Shown here: positions 20,268 through 30,163 of the stretch, piece after piece
Numbering within the stretch: the first letter of the stretch is position 1
Layout: each line of letters starts with the position of its first letter
Source of the DNA: an uncultured delta proteobacterium
GTDB taxonomy: Bacteria; Desulfobacterota; Desulfobacteria; Desulfobacterales; JAHEIW01
Direction of reading: 5' to 3'
DNA length: 64,000 bases
NCBI GenBank assembly: GCA_963706575.1
Contig: CAVPNL010000001.1
Coordinates: forward strand, 128,001 to 192,000
Notes under the pieces: generated by a model
The model's input: only the letters and a program-made list of their open reading frames with translations
The model's database searches: none
What the model was told of the DNA's origin: nothing
Program-made: the position numbers and the translations under genes

Positions 20268-22223
20268 CAGCCAGCTCCTTCAACAGACTCAATGCGAATC
20301 GTAGTATTTATTGTTCCCATGCGATCGTCACGGTCTCCGACCTGGGCTTCTATCGGCGCCTCGGTCTTATCCGCATAGACTGCATCGATCAGCTCACGGT
20401 AACGCTCTTCCAAAAATGTCTTTCTCAGCTTCCGGGTTCTGGTTAACTCGGCTTCATCAGGGTCAAATTCCTTGTGCAGATTGACATATTTTTTCACCTT
20501 AGAGCCGGGGGGCAACGTTTGGTTGACTCTGTCGATATCTTGCCTCACCAGCTCATAAACCTCCGGCGCCTGGGAAAGTTCGCCAAAGGAAGTATAAGCC
20601 ACTCTCTTTTGTCCTGCCCACCTGCTGACGTTATCATAGTTAATGATGATGATCGCCGAAACGTAGGCGCCTTTCGGGTCGGCCAGTACCCAGGCGTCCT
20701 TTATATAAGGACTGAAACGCAGCCGGCTTTCTATATTCTGAGGCGCCAATGTTTCGCCAATACCCAGTTCAATCAGATCCTGGATTCTATCTATAAATAC
20801 AATATGTCCGTCCTCTCGTATGAAGGCGCTGTCTCCACTATGAAACCACCCATCTTTCAGCACCGCGTCTGTTTTTTCCGGGTCCTTATGGTAACCGACG
20901 AAGACACCGGGTTGCCGATAAATGAGTTCGCCATCATCGGATATTTTTACCTCCGTACCCTGCGTGAGCGGGACCGACCGTCTCAAGATGGATGTCATCA
21001 TTATCGGCGCCGGTAAGGGCTCCTCCTTCCGTTGATCCATACAGGCTTTTGAGCGGAAGATTGAGCGCATGATAGAACCTGAAGGCATCCGGGCTGAGTA
21101 TCGCCCCGGTCGAATAACAGATTCTGGCATTTGACAAACCCAGGCTGCTTTTGATCGACCTAAAGAGGATGATATCGGCGAAAAAATAAAGTATTTTCAA
21201 GAACACGCCTGGTTTTTGCTTGCGATACTTTAATTCAGCCATTTTCTCGCCAATGGGCATTAGCATCCGGAAGGCAAAGCGCTTGATGGCATCCGCGCCT
21301 AGAATCCGTTCCTGCACCATAGCGGCCTGACTTTCCCATGGTCGCGCCCCGTAGAACACAATGCTGGGTCCGGTTTCCTGGCTATCCCGCTGTTGGGTTT
21401 CCGGCGCTTCAGCGAAGTTGAGGATACCGGCCGATAACAGATGGCAACCAATCCCCGTCCATTGCTCATTTATCCAGACGGGTGGCAGATAGGGGACAAT
21501 ATTATCTTCCTCAGTCCAGGGATCGAGCTGCAAAAGATAGTCGGCACCTGCCCTCAATGTCCGGTAAGTATGGATAGCCCCTTTAGGCGCAGACCCTGTG
21601 GTCCCCGCAGTGTAGATAATGGCGCAGACATCATCCGCGCGGCCGGCCTCCACGTTCTGCTCGAAGCGCCCGGGGTGTTCGGCTCCAAAAGTTTCCCCCA
21701 GCTTTAGCGCCTCCCGATATCCGACCAAAATATCGTCATCATATCGGGCCAGACCCTTGTAGCTCCAATAAATAATCTTTTTGAGCCGGGGAAGCGCGTC
21801 CTTGATTTGCAGAAACTTATCAACTTGCTCCTGGCCTTCAACCACCGCAAATCTCGCATCAGAATTTTCGGCAATGGTTTTTATCTCCAATGGCAGTAAA
21901 TCCGAAAACAATCCCACAGACACGCCATGGTTGGCCTGGGCCGCCAGCTCGGCATAGTACCATTGGGGGGCATTATCCCCGATAATCAAGACCTTGTCTC
22001 CGGGCTCAAAACCCAAAGCCAGTAAACCCAGTGCCAGGTGTTTAACATTGAGATAATAGTCCTTCCAGGTATGAGGATGCCAAACACCATAGTGCTTATG
22101 ACGCATGGCTCTGCGATGATCGCCATATTTTTCGTAATTATATTTGAGTACCTTGGGCCAGGTATCACCTTTTTCTTTATAATGTTGCTTCATCCCGATT
22201 ATCTGTTCCCCATGTTCTTCCAT
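20267..22223 (-). pseudogene. AMP-dependent (long-chain) acyl-CoA synthetase inside the ABC operon, frameshifted near 20960
   Basis: YTAGTTGSAPKG and YGSTE in one frame; GTEVKISDDGEL..GWFHSGD..ELTRTRKL in another; TAATG coupling to livF. Confidence 0.78.
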
Positions 22224-23017
22224 TAGCCCAGCCATCGCTTCCGTCGCCGGTAATGCTTCACTTCCCGATAACTCTTTTGAGAACCAACCGCCGATAATCC
22301 CATATAGAATTCACGCACGTCCTCATTATCCTTTAAATTCTCTGCCGGACCGCTAAGGACAACCCGGCCATTCTCCAAAACATGACCGTAATCGGCGATA
22401 CCCAGGGCAGCTCTGACATTTTGCTCCACAAGCAGTATGGCCATATTTTGCTCGGCATTGATCCTGCGGATAATTTCATATATTTCCTGAACCAGAAGCG
22501 GGGCGAGACCGAGTGAAGGCTCATCCAAAAGCATCAGTTTGGGACGTGCCATAAGTGCCCGCCCGATCACCAGCATCTGCTGTTCGCCGCCGGATAGATA
22601 GCCGCTCATACGGCGGCGCAGGCGTTTGATGGGCGGGAAGTAATCAAAAACCATTTCCATATCCTGCTTGACTTCACGTCGGTCTTTGCGGCAGTAAGCC
22701 CCCACGAGCAAATTTTCCTCTACGCTGAGATGCTCAAGAACCCTGCGCCCTTCCATTGCCTGGCTGATGCCCAAAACCGCAATGTTTTCGGGACCCAACC
22801 GGTCTAAACGCTTTCCATCAAACTCGATGCTGCCGTCGGTGACTTCGCCCTCTTCGGTTTTGAGCATTCCTGAGATGGCCTTTAACGTCGTCGTTTTGCC
22901 GCCGCCATTGGCTCCGAGCAGCGCAACGATTTGGCCATCGGCCACTGTTAGCGATACGCCACGCAGCACCTGGATAACATTCATATAGACGACATCAATA
23001 TTGTTTAGTTGCAGCAT
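22223..23017 (-). CDS. livF: ABC ATP-binding protein (LivF-like)
   Basis: GANGGGKT, LSGGEQQM and LLDEPSLGLAP motifs. Confidence 0.92.
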   Translation of the reverse strand: MLQLNNIDVVYMNVIQVLRGVSLTVADGQIVALLGANGGGKTTTLKAISGMLKTEEGEVTDGSIEFDGKRLDRLGPENIAVLGISQAMEGRRVLEHLSVEENLLVGAYCRKDRREVKQDMEMVFDYFPPIKRLRRRMSGYLSGGEQQMLVIGRALMARPKLMLLDEPSLGLAPLLVQEIYEIIRRINAEQNMAILLVEQNVRAALGIADYGHVLENGRVVLSGPAENLKDNEDVREFYMGLSAVGSQKSYREVKHYRRRKRWLG

Positions 23018-23091
23018 TTTGTTTCATCTACCTCAGAAGCTGTTATAAGGCTTTGAAACAGCTTTCATCGATTTTATTCTTAAGGTAAGGA

Positions 23092-23910
23092 CTACTTTTC
23101 CTGCCCCAGGTAAGCACGGATAACCTCGGGATTACTTTTAATTTCGTCAGGTGTCCCCTCGGCAATCATGCGTCCGAAATCAAGGACAATAATCCGGTCG
23201 GCAATATCCATTACCACTCCCATATCGTGTTCGACCAGGATGATGCTGCGAATCCCATCTCGCAGAATGGGTGTGTCGGGATAGGTGGCTCCCTGGCCTT
23301 CAAATATATCCAGTATAAAGCGGGCGATGTCCTCCTTTTCCTCCAGATTCATCCCAGCCATGGGCTCGTCAAGCAGCAGTACTTTTGGCTCCAGCGCCAA
23401 AGCTCTTCCGAGCTCAACTCGCTTCTGCATCCCATACGGCAGGACGCCGACCACTTTCTTTCGCATCGGTGCCATTTCTAAAAAGTCGATGATCTCCTCG
23501 ACAGTTCGACGGTGCTTGATTTCTTCCTGTAGCGCCCAGCCCAAGTATAGCGCACCGCTGATAAAGTTTTGTTTCATCAGCACGTGTCGGGCAGCCATGA
23601 TGTTATCCTGAGTGCTGAGTCCCGTGTAGAGCTCGATATTCTGGAAAGTTCGGGCAATGCCAAGTTTAGTCAGTTTATCGGGGCGCATGCGGGTAATTTT
23701 TTGCCCATCATAGTAGATCTCGCCCTCCTGTGGTTTGTAAAAACCATTAATGCAATTGAGCAGGGCGGTCTTGCCCGCTCCATTGGGTCCAATGATAGCC
23801 AGGATTTCATTATCCCTGACGTTCAGGCTCACTTGATCAAGGGCATAGACACCGCCAAAGCTAAGCATTAGGTTGTCAATCCGTATTTTAACCTGCCTAT
23901 CATTTTCCAT
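23092..23910 (-). CDS. livG: ABC ATP-binding protein (LivG-like)
   Basis: GPNGAGKT, RTFQN, LPYG.QKRVELGRAL and VEHDM motifs. Confidence 0.92.
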   Translation of the reverse strand: MENDRQVKIRIDNLMLSFGGVYALDQVSLNVRDNEILAIIGPNGAGKTALLNCINGFYKPQEGEIYYDGQKITRMRPDKLTKLGIARTFQNIELYTGLSTQDNIMAARHVLMKQNFISGALYLGWALQEEIKHRRTVEEIIDFLEMAPMRKKVVGVLPYGMQKRVELGRALALEPKVLLLDEPMAGMNLEEKEDIARFILDIFEGQGATYPDTPILRDGIRSIILVEHDMGVVMDIADRIIVLDFGRMIAEGTPDEIKSNPEVIRAYLGQEK

Positions 23911-23993
23911 TTATTAAATCTCCGGATGCATTCAACTTCGATCTTTTCTAGTATCAGAGGACGTAAAAACACACAAGAAAGTATTCCCGTTAG

Positions 23994-24455
23994 CTATTCC
24001 TCCTTTGGGGTTGTCATCTCAAAAACAGCCGCAACGTTCTTTTTGCTGCCAAAACGGATACAGCCGGTTGGACAGACAGTCATACAGGCCGGCGATTTGC
24101 TTTCGGCGAGCCGCTGAATGCAGAGATCGCACTTTACGGCAATCTCTTGATGGTCTTCGAATTGCATGGCGCCAAAGGGACAGGCTTCTATGCATTCCCT
24201 GCACCCGATACAAAGATCATCGTCAATTAAAACAATACCTTGTTCATTTCTGGAAATCGCTTCAACCGGACAGGCCTCTTTGCAGGGGGCTTTGGCACAA
24301 TGGTGGCAGTAGATGGGGATAAAATCGGAAATTTTTTCAAGCACTCGCACCAGTCGGGGTCCCACTCCCAGTGCGTGTTCCTGCTTGCAGGCAACCTCAC
24401 AGGCATGACAGCCCATACAGTCCTTCTTGCGGAATACCAACGAGATCTTATCCAT
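23994..24455 (-). CDS. 4Fe-4S electron-transfer subunit (DmsB-like)
   Basis: Four Cys motifs; paralog of 930-1391. Confidence 0.9.
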   Translation of the reverse strand: MDKISLVFRKKDCMGCHACEVACKQEHALGVGPRLVRVLEKISDFIPIYCHHCAKAPCKEACPVEAISRNEQGIVLIDDDLCIGCRECIEACPFGAMQFEDHQEIAVKCDLCIQRLAESKSPACMTVCPTGCIRFGSKKNVAAVFEMTTPKEE

Positions 24456-24466
24456 CTCCTTTCCTC

Positions 24467-26557
24467 CTATTCATCTTCGCAGCGATATATGTTGCACAAC
24501 AAGACTCTCAGATTCGTCGCACCCATCACCGGGTCCATGGATTCGTGAGAATTGTCTGTCAGTAGATTAATGTTGGAGATGTCCCAGCCGTGATCGGTGT
24601 CCTTGATCTCCGGATACCACCAGCCATGCTCGGCGACGATCACTGCGGGGTCGATACCATCATTCAACTTGGCCTTTTCTTTGGCACGGCCGCGCGGTGA
24701 TTCGATCCAGACCCAGTCTCCTTCACAGATACCGTGTTTCTCGGCTGTTGTGGGATGGATCTCAACTATGGGATCGGGCCGGATCTCCCTGAGCCAGGGT
24801 ATCTGTCGGTTGGCAGAGTGAAAAAATGTGGGCGTGCGCAGACCGGCGTTTAGAATATAAGGGTATTTCTCAGCCAGATCAGGTCGGGAAACCGGACTTT
24901 CGGGAACCTCCGTGTATTTGGGTAGCGGATCGCGCCTCCATTTCTCAAAAATGGTGGAATACAGCTCGATTTTACGCGTAGGGGTGGAAAAACCATTTTT
25001 CTTGTATTTGTAAAATTTCTGTTCGCCCTGAAGGTAGCCTTTCTGCTTGAATTCCTCCCAGCTAAGGCCGGTCGGTTCGAGCAGCCAGTCTAGAGAATCC
25101 TCGATGGTGTCCCACCACTGCTGGCCCATTCGCTTGCCCAGTTCCATAAAAATTTTGTGGTCCTGCCAGCATTCGCCGATTTCAACCACCTTTTGTCTGG
25201 CCAGCACGTAGCCGTGATATTTCCAGTTTTCCGACACGTGATCCTGTTCGAGCCAGGTGCCGGCTGGCAAAAAGATGTCTGCCAGTTCAGCGGTCGGGGT
25301 CATGAAGAAATCCGATACTGCCAGAAAATTCAATTTTTTAAGGGCTTTATAAACCTCACGGGCATTCGCTCTGGACACCACGGGGTTGCTTGCCACCAGG
25401 TATCCAGCTTTGACCGGATAGGGTTTGCCGGTCAAAATCGCATCCCAGGCACACTTGGGTGTAACAATCGTCATGCGTGAGGCCAATTTGTATTGATCCC
25501 CACCCAGTCGCTTTTTTCGTTGCTCTTCAGACAGTGACCGATTCGCAGAAAATTCAGATATTTTCCGAGTTCCGGGGGGAGCATGAAAAACATTGCCACC
25601 GGGGGCATCCAGGTTACCGGTAACCGCCATGAGACCGACTGCGGTTCGGGTAAAATCGGTGCAATTGATGGTTTGTTCCGTCGGCACCCCCCAGTGGATC
25701 CCGGCCGGCTTTGTATTCGCATACAGGCGTGCGGCTTGACGGATAAGGTCCGGTTTTACCCAGGTGATCTCTGCCACGCGCTCGAGGGAATAGTCCCTGT
25801 TAATTCGGTCCACAAAGGCTTCCCAGCCGTGAATATAATTGGTCACAAAATCCGCGTCATACAGTTCTTCTTCAATGATGACATGAAAAAAACCCAGAGC
25901 CAGGGCCGCATCCGTACCCGGCCGCAGCTGAAGCCAGAGGTCAGCTCGTTTTGCCAGAAAACCTTTGCGCGGGTCAATGACGATCAGTTTGGCTCCTTTT
26001 TCATAAGCCCGCCAGAAACTGACGCCTTTGTATTCATCCGGGTTGGTCCACAGCGGATTGCAGGCCCACATGACAATGCATCTAGGATTATTGGCGTAGT
26101 CGATAGCGGGGTGTCGGCCGCATGTGGTCAGGGTAGCGCCGATGCGGGAGAGGTAACACATGTGGCCGGCTGTTAACATATTGGGAGTGCCTAATAAATT
26201 ACCAAAACGCGAGAAGTGGCTTTCGAAATCCCGACCGGTGCCCTGGCCGACGATGATGGACTCGGGACCGAATTCTGCGATAACCTTTTTAAACTTCGCG
26301 GAAACCGTATCCAGGGCCTCGTCCCAGGTAATTCGTTCCCAGTTTCCACCGGTTTTTTTCATGGGATAAAGGACCCGATCCGGGTGATAGGCTAGCTGAG
26401 TGATCGCCAGCCCTTTGGTACACATGCTTCCGTGACTTATCGGTGAATCCGGATCTCCCTCCACCTTTATGACTTTGCCGTCTTGTACATGGGCGATTAC
26501 CCCGCAACCGCCGTGACAGCTTCGGCAAACCGTTTTTACGTGTTCAACTTGCGACAT
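24467..26557 (-). CDS. Mo/W-bisPGD oxidoreductase, acetylene-hydratase-like clade, cytoplasmic
   Basis: CRSCHGGC..MCTKG Fe-S motif, HPDRVLYP, RFGNLLGTPN..GHMC (Cys ligand position); no Tat peptide. Confidence 0.88.
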   Translation of the reverse strand: MSQVEHVKTVCRSCHGGCGVIAHVQDGKVIKVEGDPDSPISHGSMCTKGLAITQLAYHPDRVLYPMKKTGGNWERITWDEALDTVSAKFKKVIAEFGPESIIVGQGTGRDFESHFSRFGNLLGTPNMLTAGHMCYLSRIGATLTTCGRHPAIDYANNPRCIVMWACNPLWTNPDEYKGVSFWRAYEKGAKLIVIDPRKGFLAKRADLWLQLRPGTDAALALGFFHVIIEEELYDADFVTNYIHGWEAFVDRINRDYSLERVAEITWVKPDLIRQAARLYANTKPAGIHWGVPTEQTINCTDFTRTAVGLMAVTGNLDAPGGNVFHAPPGTRKISEFSANRSLSEEQRKKRLGGDQYKLASRMTIVTPKCAWDAILTGKPYPVKAGYLVASNPVVSRANAREVYKALKKLNFLAVSDFFMTPTAELADIFLPAGTWLEQDHVSENWKYHGYVLARQKVVEIGECWQDHKIFMELGKRMGQQWWDTIEDSLDWLLEPTGLSWEEFKQKGYLQGEQKFYKYKKNGFSTPTRKIELYSTIFEKWRRDPLPKYTEVPESPVSRPDLAEKYPYILNAGLRTPTFFHSANRQIPWLREIRPDPIVEIHPTTAEKHGICEGDWVWIESPRGRAKEKAKLNDGIDPAVIVAEHGWWYPEIKDTDHGWDISNINLLTDNSHESMDPVMGATNLRVLLCNIYRCEDE

Positions 26558-26602
26558 TTACTCCTCCTATAATTACAAAGTCTCCAACTATTGTTTGTCC
26601 GT

Positions 26603-28186
26603 TCAATATCGTTTACGGATTTCCTTTTTAAGAATTTTTCCCTGGGCATTTTTTGGAAGAGATTCAACAAACTCTAAGGACTTAGGCGCCTTGTAGGAAG
26701 CCAGGTGCGTTTTGCTAAAATCGATAATGTCATTTTCCGTCGTAACGGCGTCGTCCCTCAAAACGACCACCGCATGAACACGCTCCACCCATACCGGATC
26801 GGGGATTCCCACAACGGCAACTTCGGCAATTGCAGGATGCCTATAGAGGACGTCTTCAACTTCACGGGAATATACATTTTCGCCACCGCTTACAATCATG
26901 TCCTTTTTGCGGTCGACAATATATATAAATCCTTTTTCATCATAGTATCCAAGGTCGCCGGTATGCAGCCACCCCTCAATCAAAACCTCTCGGGTTTCGT
27001 CCGGTCTGTTCCAGTATTCAACCATGAGGGAATCACTGCGGGCAATGATCTCACCGACTGTTCCGGGCGGCACATCATGGTTTTCCTCATCGACCACTCT
27101 GACGTGAACACCAAGACTCGGTTGCCCGCAGGAACTTAACACTTTTTGCTCTTCCGCGGTCCCGTCCAGGACCTGGTGATTTTTCCTGGGAAGGGCACAA
27201 AGCTGGGGTCCTGATTCGGTCTGTCCATATCCCTGTGAAAAAATTGGGCCGAATATCTCAAGTCCCTTTTTTAATAACTCCAGCGGCATGGGAGATGCAG
27301 CATAATAGATTCTATTCAGACTGCTCAGGTCGTAATCTTTAAAATCATGACAGGACAGTATAGAATTTAGCTGGGTGGGGACAATTTGCATATCGGTTGC
27401 TTTTTCATTTTGAATTATCTGAAGGACGGCAACCGGATCAAAAGATTTTTGCGGCATGATCACATTACAGCCCCCAACCAGGAAAAAGGGCCACACATGA
27501 CAATCTCCACCGATGTGGAAAAATGGTAATACCAAGACATGTCTGTCTTCGGGCTTAACGCCCATCTCCAGAGCTTTAATGCGGGTGTTATCCAGCTTGC
27601 GGAAATGAGTATAGAGGGCGCCGCGAGGGACACCCGTGGTACCACTGGTGTAAAAAATAAGGTAGGGGTCCTCCCGGGCCACACTCAGATCCGGTTCATG
27701 CGATGGGCAGGCCGCGACCATCTCACGATGAGAAAGCATATCAGGAACCGAATCGCCGAAGGTGATATGGTTTTTAACTTTAGGAAGGCGGGAACGCAAG
27801 CTTCCGACAGTGTCATGAAGATCCGGACCGATAAAGAGGGTATTGGCCCCGGAATAATTAATGAGATATTCAAGCTCATCTTCGTGCAGCCTGGGGTTAA
27901 AGGGTGAAGCGATAAATCCCCCCTTCATTGCAGCCCCATAAACATCGGCGTACTCGAGACAATTCCATGACAGAATGCCGATGACATCCCCCTTTTTGGC
28001 CCCTGATGCGTAAAGTGCATGGATCAGACTGTTCACCCTTGCATTGAACTGGGCGAACGTTATTCTTTGGGAGCCGCATACAAAGGCCTCGCTATCGGGA
28101 TTAAGCAGTGCATTTCGATAAATAATGTCAGCAAAGGTTCCGATTTGATACCGGCTCAATTCCTTTAACACAAGCTTGCTTGTCAT
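26603..28186 (-). CDS. AMP-dependent acyl/aryl-CoA ligase
   Basis: YTSGTTGVPRG, GYGQTE, GWLHTGD and DRKKDMIVSGGENVY motifs. Confidence 0.92.
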   Translation of the reverse strand: MTSKLVLKELSRYQIGTFADIIYRNALLNPDSEAFVCGSQRITFAQFNARVNSLIHALYASGAKKGDVIGILSWNCLEYADVYGAAMKGGFIASPFNPRLHEDELEYLINYSGANTLFIGPDLHDTVGSLRSRLPKVKNHITFGDSVPDMLSHREMVAACPSHEPDLSVAREDPYLIFYTSGTTGVPRGALYTHFRKLDNTRIKALEMGVKPEDRHVLVLPFFHIGGDCHVWPFFLVGGCNVIMPQKSFDPVAVLQIIQNEKATDMQIVPTQLNSILSCHDFKDYDLSSLNRIYYAASPMPLELLKKGLEIFGPIFSQGYGQTESGPQLCALPRKNHQVLDGTAEEQKVLSSCGQPSLGVHVRVVDEENHDVPPGTVGEIIARSDSLMVEYWNRPDETREVLIEGWLHTGDLGYYDEKGFIYIVDRKKDMIVSGGENVYSREVEDVLYRHPAIAEVAVVGIPDPVWVERVHAVVVLRDDAVTTENDIIDFSKTHLASYKAPKSLEFVESLPKNAQGKILKKEIRKRY

Positions 28187-28241
28187 ACCGTCGGCCTCCA
28201 ACTATTCGCTTTTCGCTCTCCGAATCTCCTTAATACTAAAG

Positions 28242-28258
28242 ATATTGATTATCAATAT
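28242..28258. promoter_or_regulatory. Candidate MarR operator in a divergent promoter region
   Basis: Perfect palindrome ATATTGAT-T-ATCAATAT between the ligase and MarR genes. Confidence 0.55.
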
Positions 28259-28509
28259 TTAAACTTAAATCAAGTGTCAATCTCTTTTATAATAAATTAA
28301 GGATATTGAAAAAAACATAAATGCCTGTTTATGGAAGCTCACCAATAGGAATTTCAATGCTGATTATAGAGAAAATTCTTGCGTTTTTTGAATAAAGATT
28401 ATTATAAATAAAGTTAAAAATGTATAGAATATAGCCAATATATTGATATACTAAACATTGATATAATTCACACTGATTTAAATGAATATTTAGAATTGAA
28501 GGAAATAGT

Positions 28510-28971
28510 ATGGTTTACGGTACTTACAAGAGCGATCTTAGCACTAATGAAAAGGTCCTGATGGCCATTGTGAGAGCTGCAGAAATCTTCAAAAGAAATC
28601 ATTCCGGTGTTTTCAGGAATTATGGTCTCTCCTTTCCACAATACAATGTCCTGAGGGTTCTGGAAGCTTCTAAAAAAGGTAGGAACAAGATAAGCGATGT
28701 CAGCCGCATTATGCTCGTTCCGGGCGCGAATATTACCGGTATCGCCAAGCGTCTGGAAAAGGACGGATTTATCGTTAAGAAATCCGATCCCGCAGATGAT
28801 CGCGTAACTATCCTTGAAATTACGCCCAAAGGAAAAAAAACCCTGAAGAATATTGAAAAGGAGAAAGATGAGTGGCTGGAATTGATGTTGAAGAATTTAT
28901 CCGACAATCAAAAACGCGTGCTCCTGGACAAAATCAAACGAATCTTAAAAAACAGTATGAACAAAAAGTAA
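28510..28971 (+). CDS. MarR family transcriptional regulator
   Basis: GLSFPQYNVL, RLEKDGFI..DPADDRV..ITPKG motifs. Confidence 0.92.
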   Translation: MVYGTYKSDLSTNEKVLMAIVRAAEIFKRNHSGVFRNYGLSFPQYNVLRVLEASKKGRNKISDVSRIMLVPGANITGIAKRLEKDGFIVKKSDPADDRVTILEITPKGKKTLKNIEKEKDEWLELMLKNLSDNQKRVLLDKIKRILKNSMNKK

Positions 28972-28980
28972 TATCTCCGA

Positions 28981-29005
28981 CGCTCGCTCATTAATGGAGC
29001 GAGCG
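28981..29005 (+). terminator. Hairpin after the MarR gene
   Basis: CGCTCGCTC-ATTAATG-GAGCGAGCG. Confidence 0.5.
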
Positions 29006-29142
29006 TAACCGTTCGTTGATTACATTCTTGTAACGCTTTCATATTTTTTGCTTCATTTTAATTTTTTTTTGACCTCTCCTTTTAACATCATGACGTCTAC
29101 GCAATTTTATCCCTTTCTAAATATATTGGAATTTAGCAAAAT

Positions 29143-29181
29143 TTTAGCAGAATCCCCCGCGGCTTGCCGCGGGGAGCTTCA
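29143..29181. repeat. Isolated GC palindrome resembling an IS200/IS605 end or REP
   Basis: AGAATCCCCCGCGGC-TT-GCCGCGGGGAGCTTCA; no adjacent tnpA or tnpB. Confidence 0.55.
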
Positions 29182-29226
29182 CTCACGCTTATTTTTTTCT
29201 TGACAAGATTGGCACAAATTTCTATT

Positions 29227-29265
29227 TGTTAGTAATATAGTAATAATGTTACTATAATAGTAACA
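29227..29265. promoter_or_regulatory. Candidate tandem IclR operator
   Basis: Perfect palindrome TGTTACTAT-A-ATAGTAACA (29247-29265) with a degenerate copy 20 bp upstream; TTGACA at about 29200. Confidence 0.6.
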
Positions 29266-29278
29266 CTGCTAATTCATT

Positions 29279-30076
29279 ATGAGAAGAGAATCACACAATT
29301 CTTCCAAACAATACTATTCCACCTCCCTGGAAAGGGGGATGAGCATCCTGAGGCTTTTCACCCAGGATCGCAGCACCTGGACCCTTACCCAAATTTCCAA
29401 AAACCTGGATATCAATAAAACATCGACGTTCCGCTTTGTGAATACGTTGGTTCAACTCGGATATCTCAGAAAAGATCCCCACACCAAATTGATCAGTTTA
29501 GGCGCACAAGTGATGACCTTGGGGGCAAGTTTTTACCGAACGGACGACATCTACGAAGTCGGTAAACCTTTGATTAAAGAAGCTTTTGAGACCTATCAGG
29601 TGAACACCGAATTGGCTTTGTACAATGAAGATATGATCGTCGTGGTCTATCGAAGAGAGGCCCGGGAATCCTTTGTCCCCCGATTTCCCATATCGCGCCG
29701 CAAGGAGCAATTTTATTGTTCCTCCCTGGGAAAAGCCATTCTGTCCGCCCTGCCACAGGATGAAATGATGCAAATCGTGGAAGATTTGCCCAACGAAAAA
29801 AAAACGGCCAACACACTTTCGAATAAGGCGGATCTTATCGCTGATTTGGAAAAATCAAGAGAAAGGGGCTATGCCTTAAATAATGAGGAATGGGTTCCGG
29901 GCCTGATCGCCATTTCCGCTCCCTTGATCAATTTGCATACGAATGAGGTCAAGGGCGCCGTTTGCTTTGATTTTTCCACCATTCAACACTCAATAAAGAA
30001 AGTCGAGAAGAAATATGCCCGGGTCATTATTAAATTGGCAAGTGATATATCCCAGTTGTTAAGTACCATTCGATAA
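29279..30076 (+). CDS. IclR family transcriptional regulator
   Basis: SLERGMSIL HTH; SSLGKAILS and RGYALNNEE..G..AISAP motifs. Confidence 0.93.
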   Translation: MRRESHNSSKQYYSTSLERGMSILRLFTQDRSTWTLTQISKNLDINKTSTFRFVNTLVQLGYLRKDPHTKLISLGAQVMTLGASFYRTDDIYEVGKPLIKEAFETYQVNTELALYNEDMIVVVYRREARESFVPRFPISRRKEQFYCSSLGKAILSALPQDEMMQIVEDLPNEKKTANTLSNKADLIADLEKSRERGYALNNEEWVPGLIAISAPLINLHTNEVKGAVCFDFSTIQHSIKKVEKKYARVIIKLASDISQLLSTIR

Positions 30077-30163
30077 TACCTGAATCGTGCAAAATTCAGG
30101 TAATAAGCCTTAGCGTTTTTAGATCTTTGAACAAGACTGACAGAGCAGGAGATCAAACCCAAA

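Noticed and set aside
29143..29181. Intact IS200/IS605 element
   Set aside because: Only a single end-like palindrome is present, with no tnpA or tnpB.
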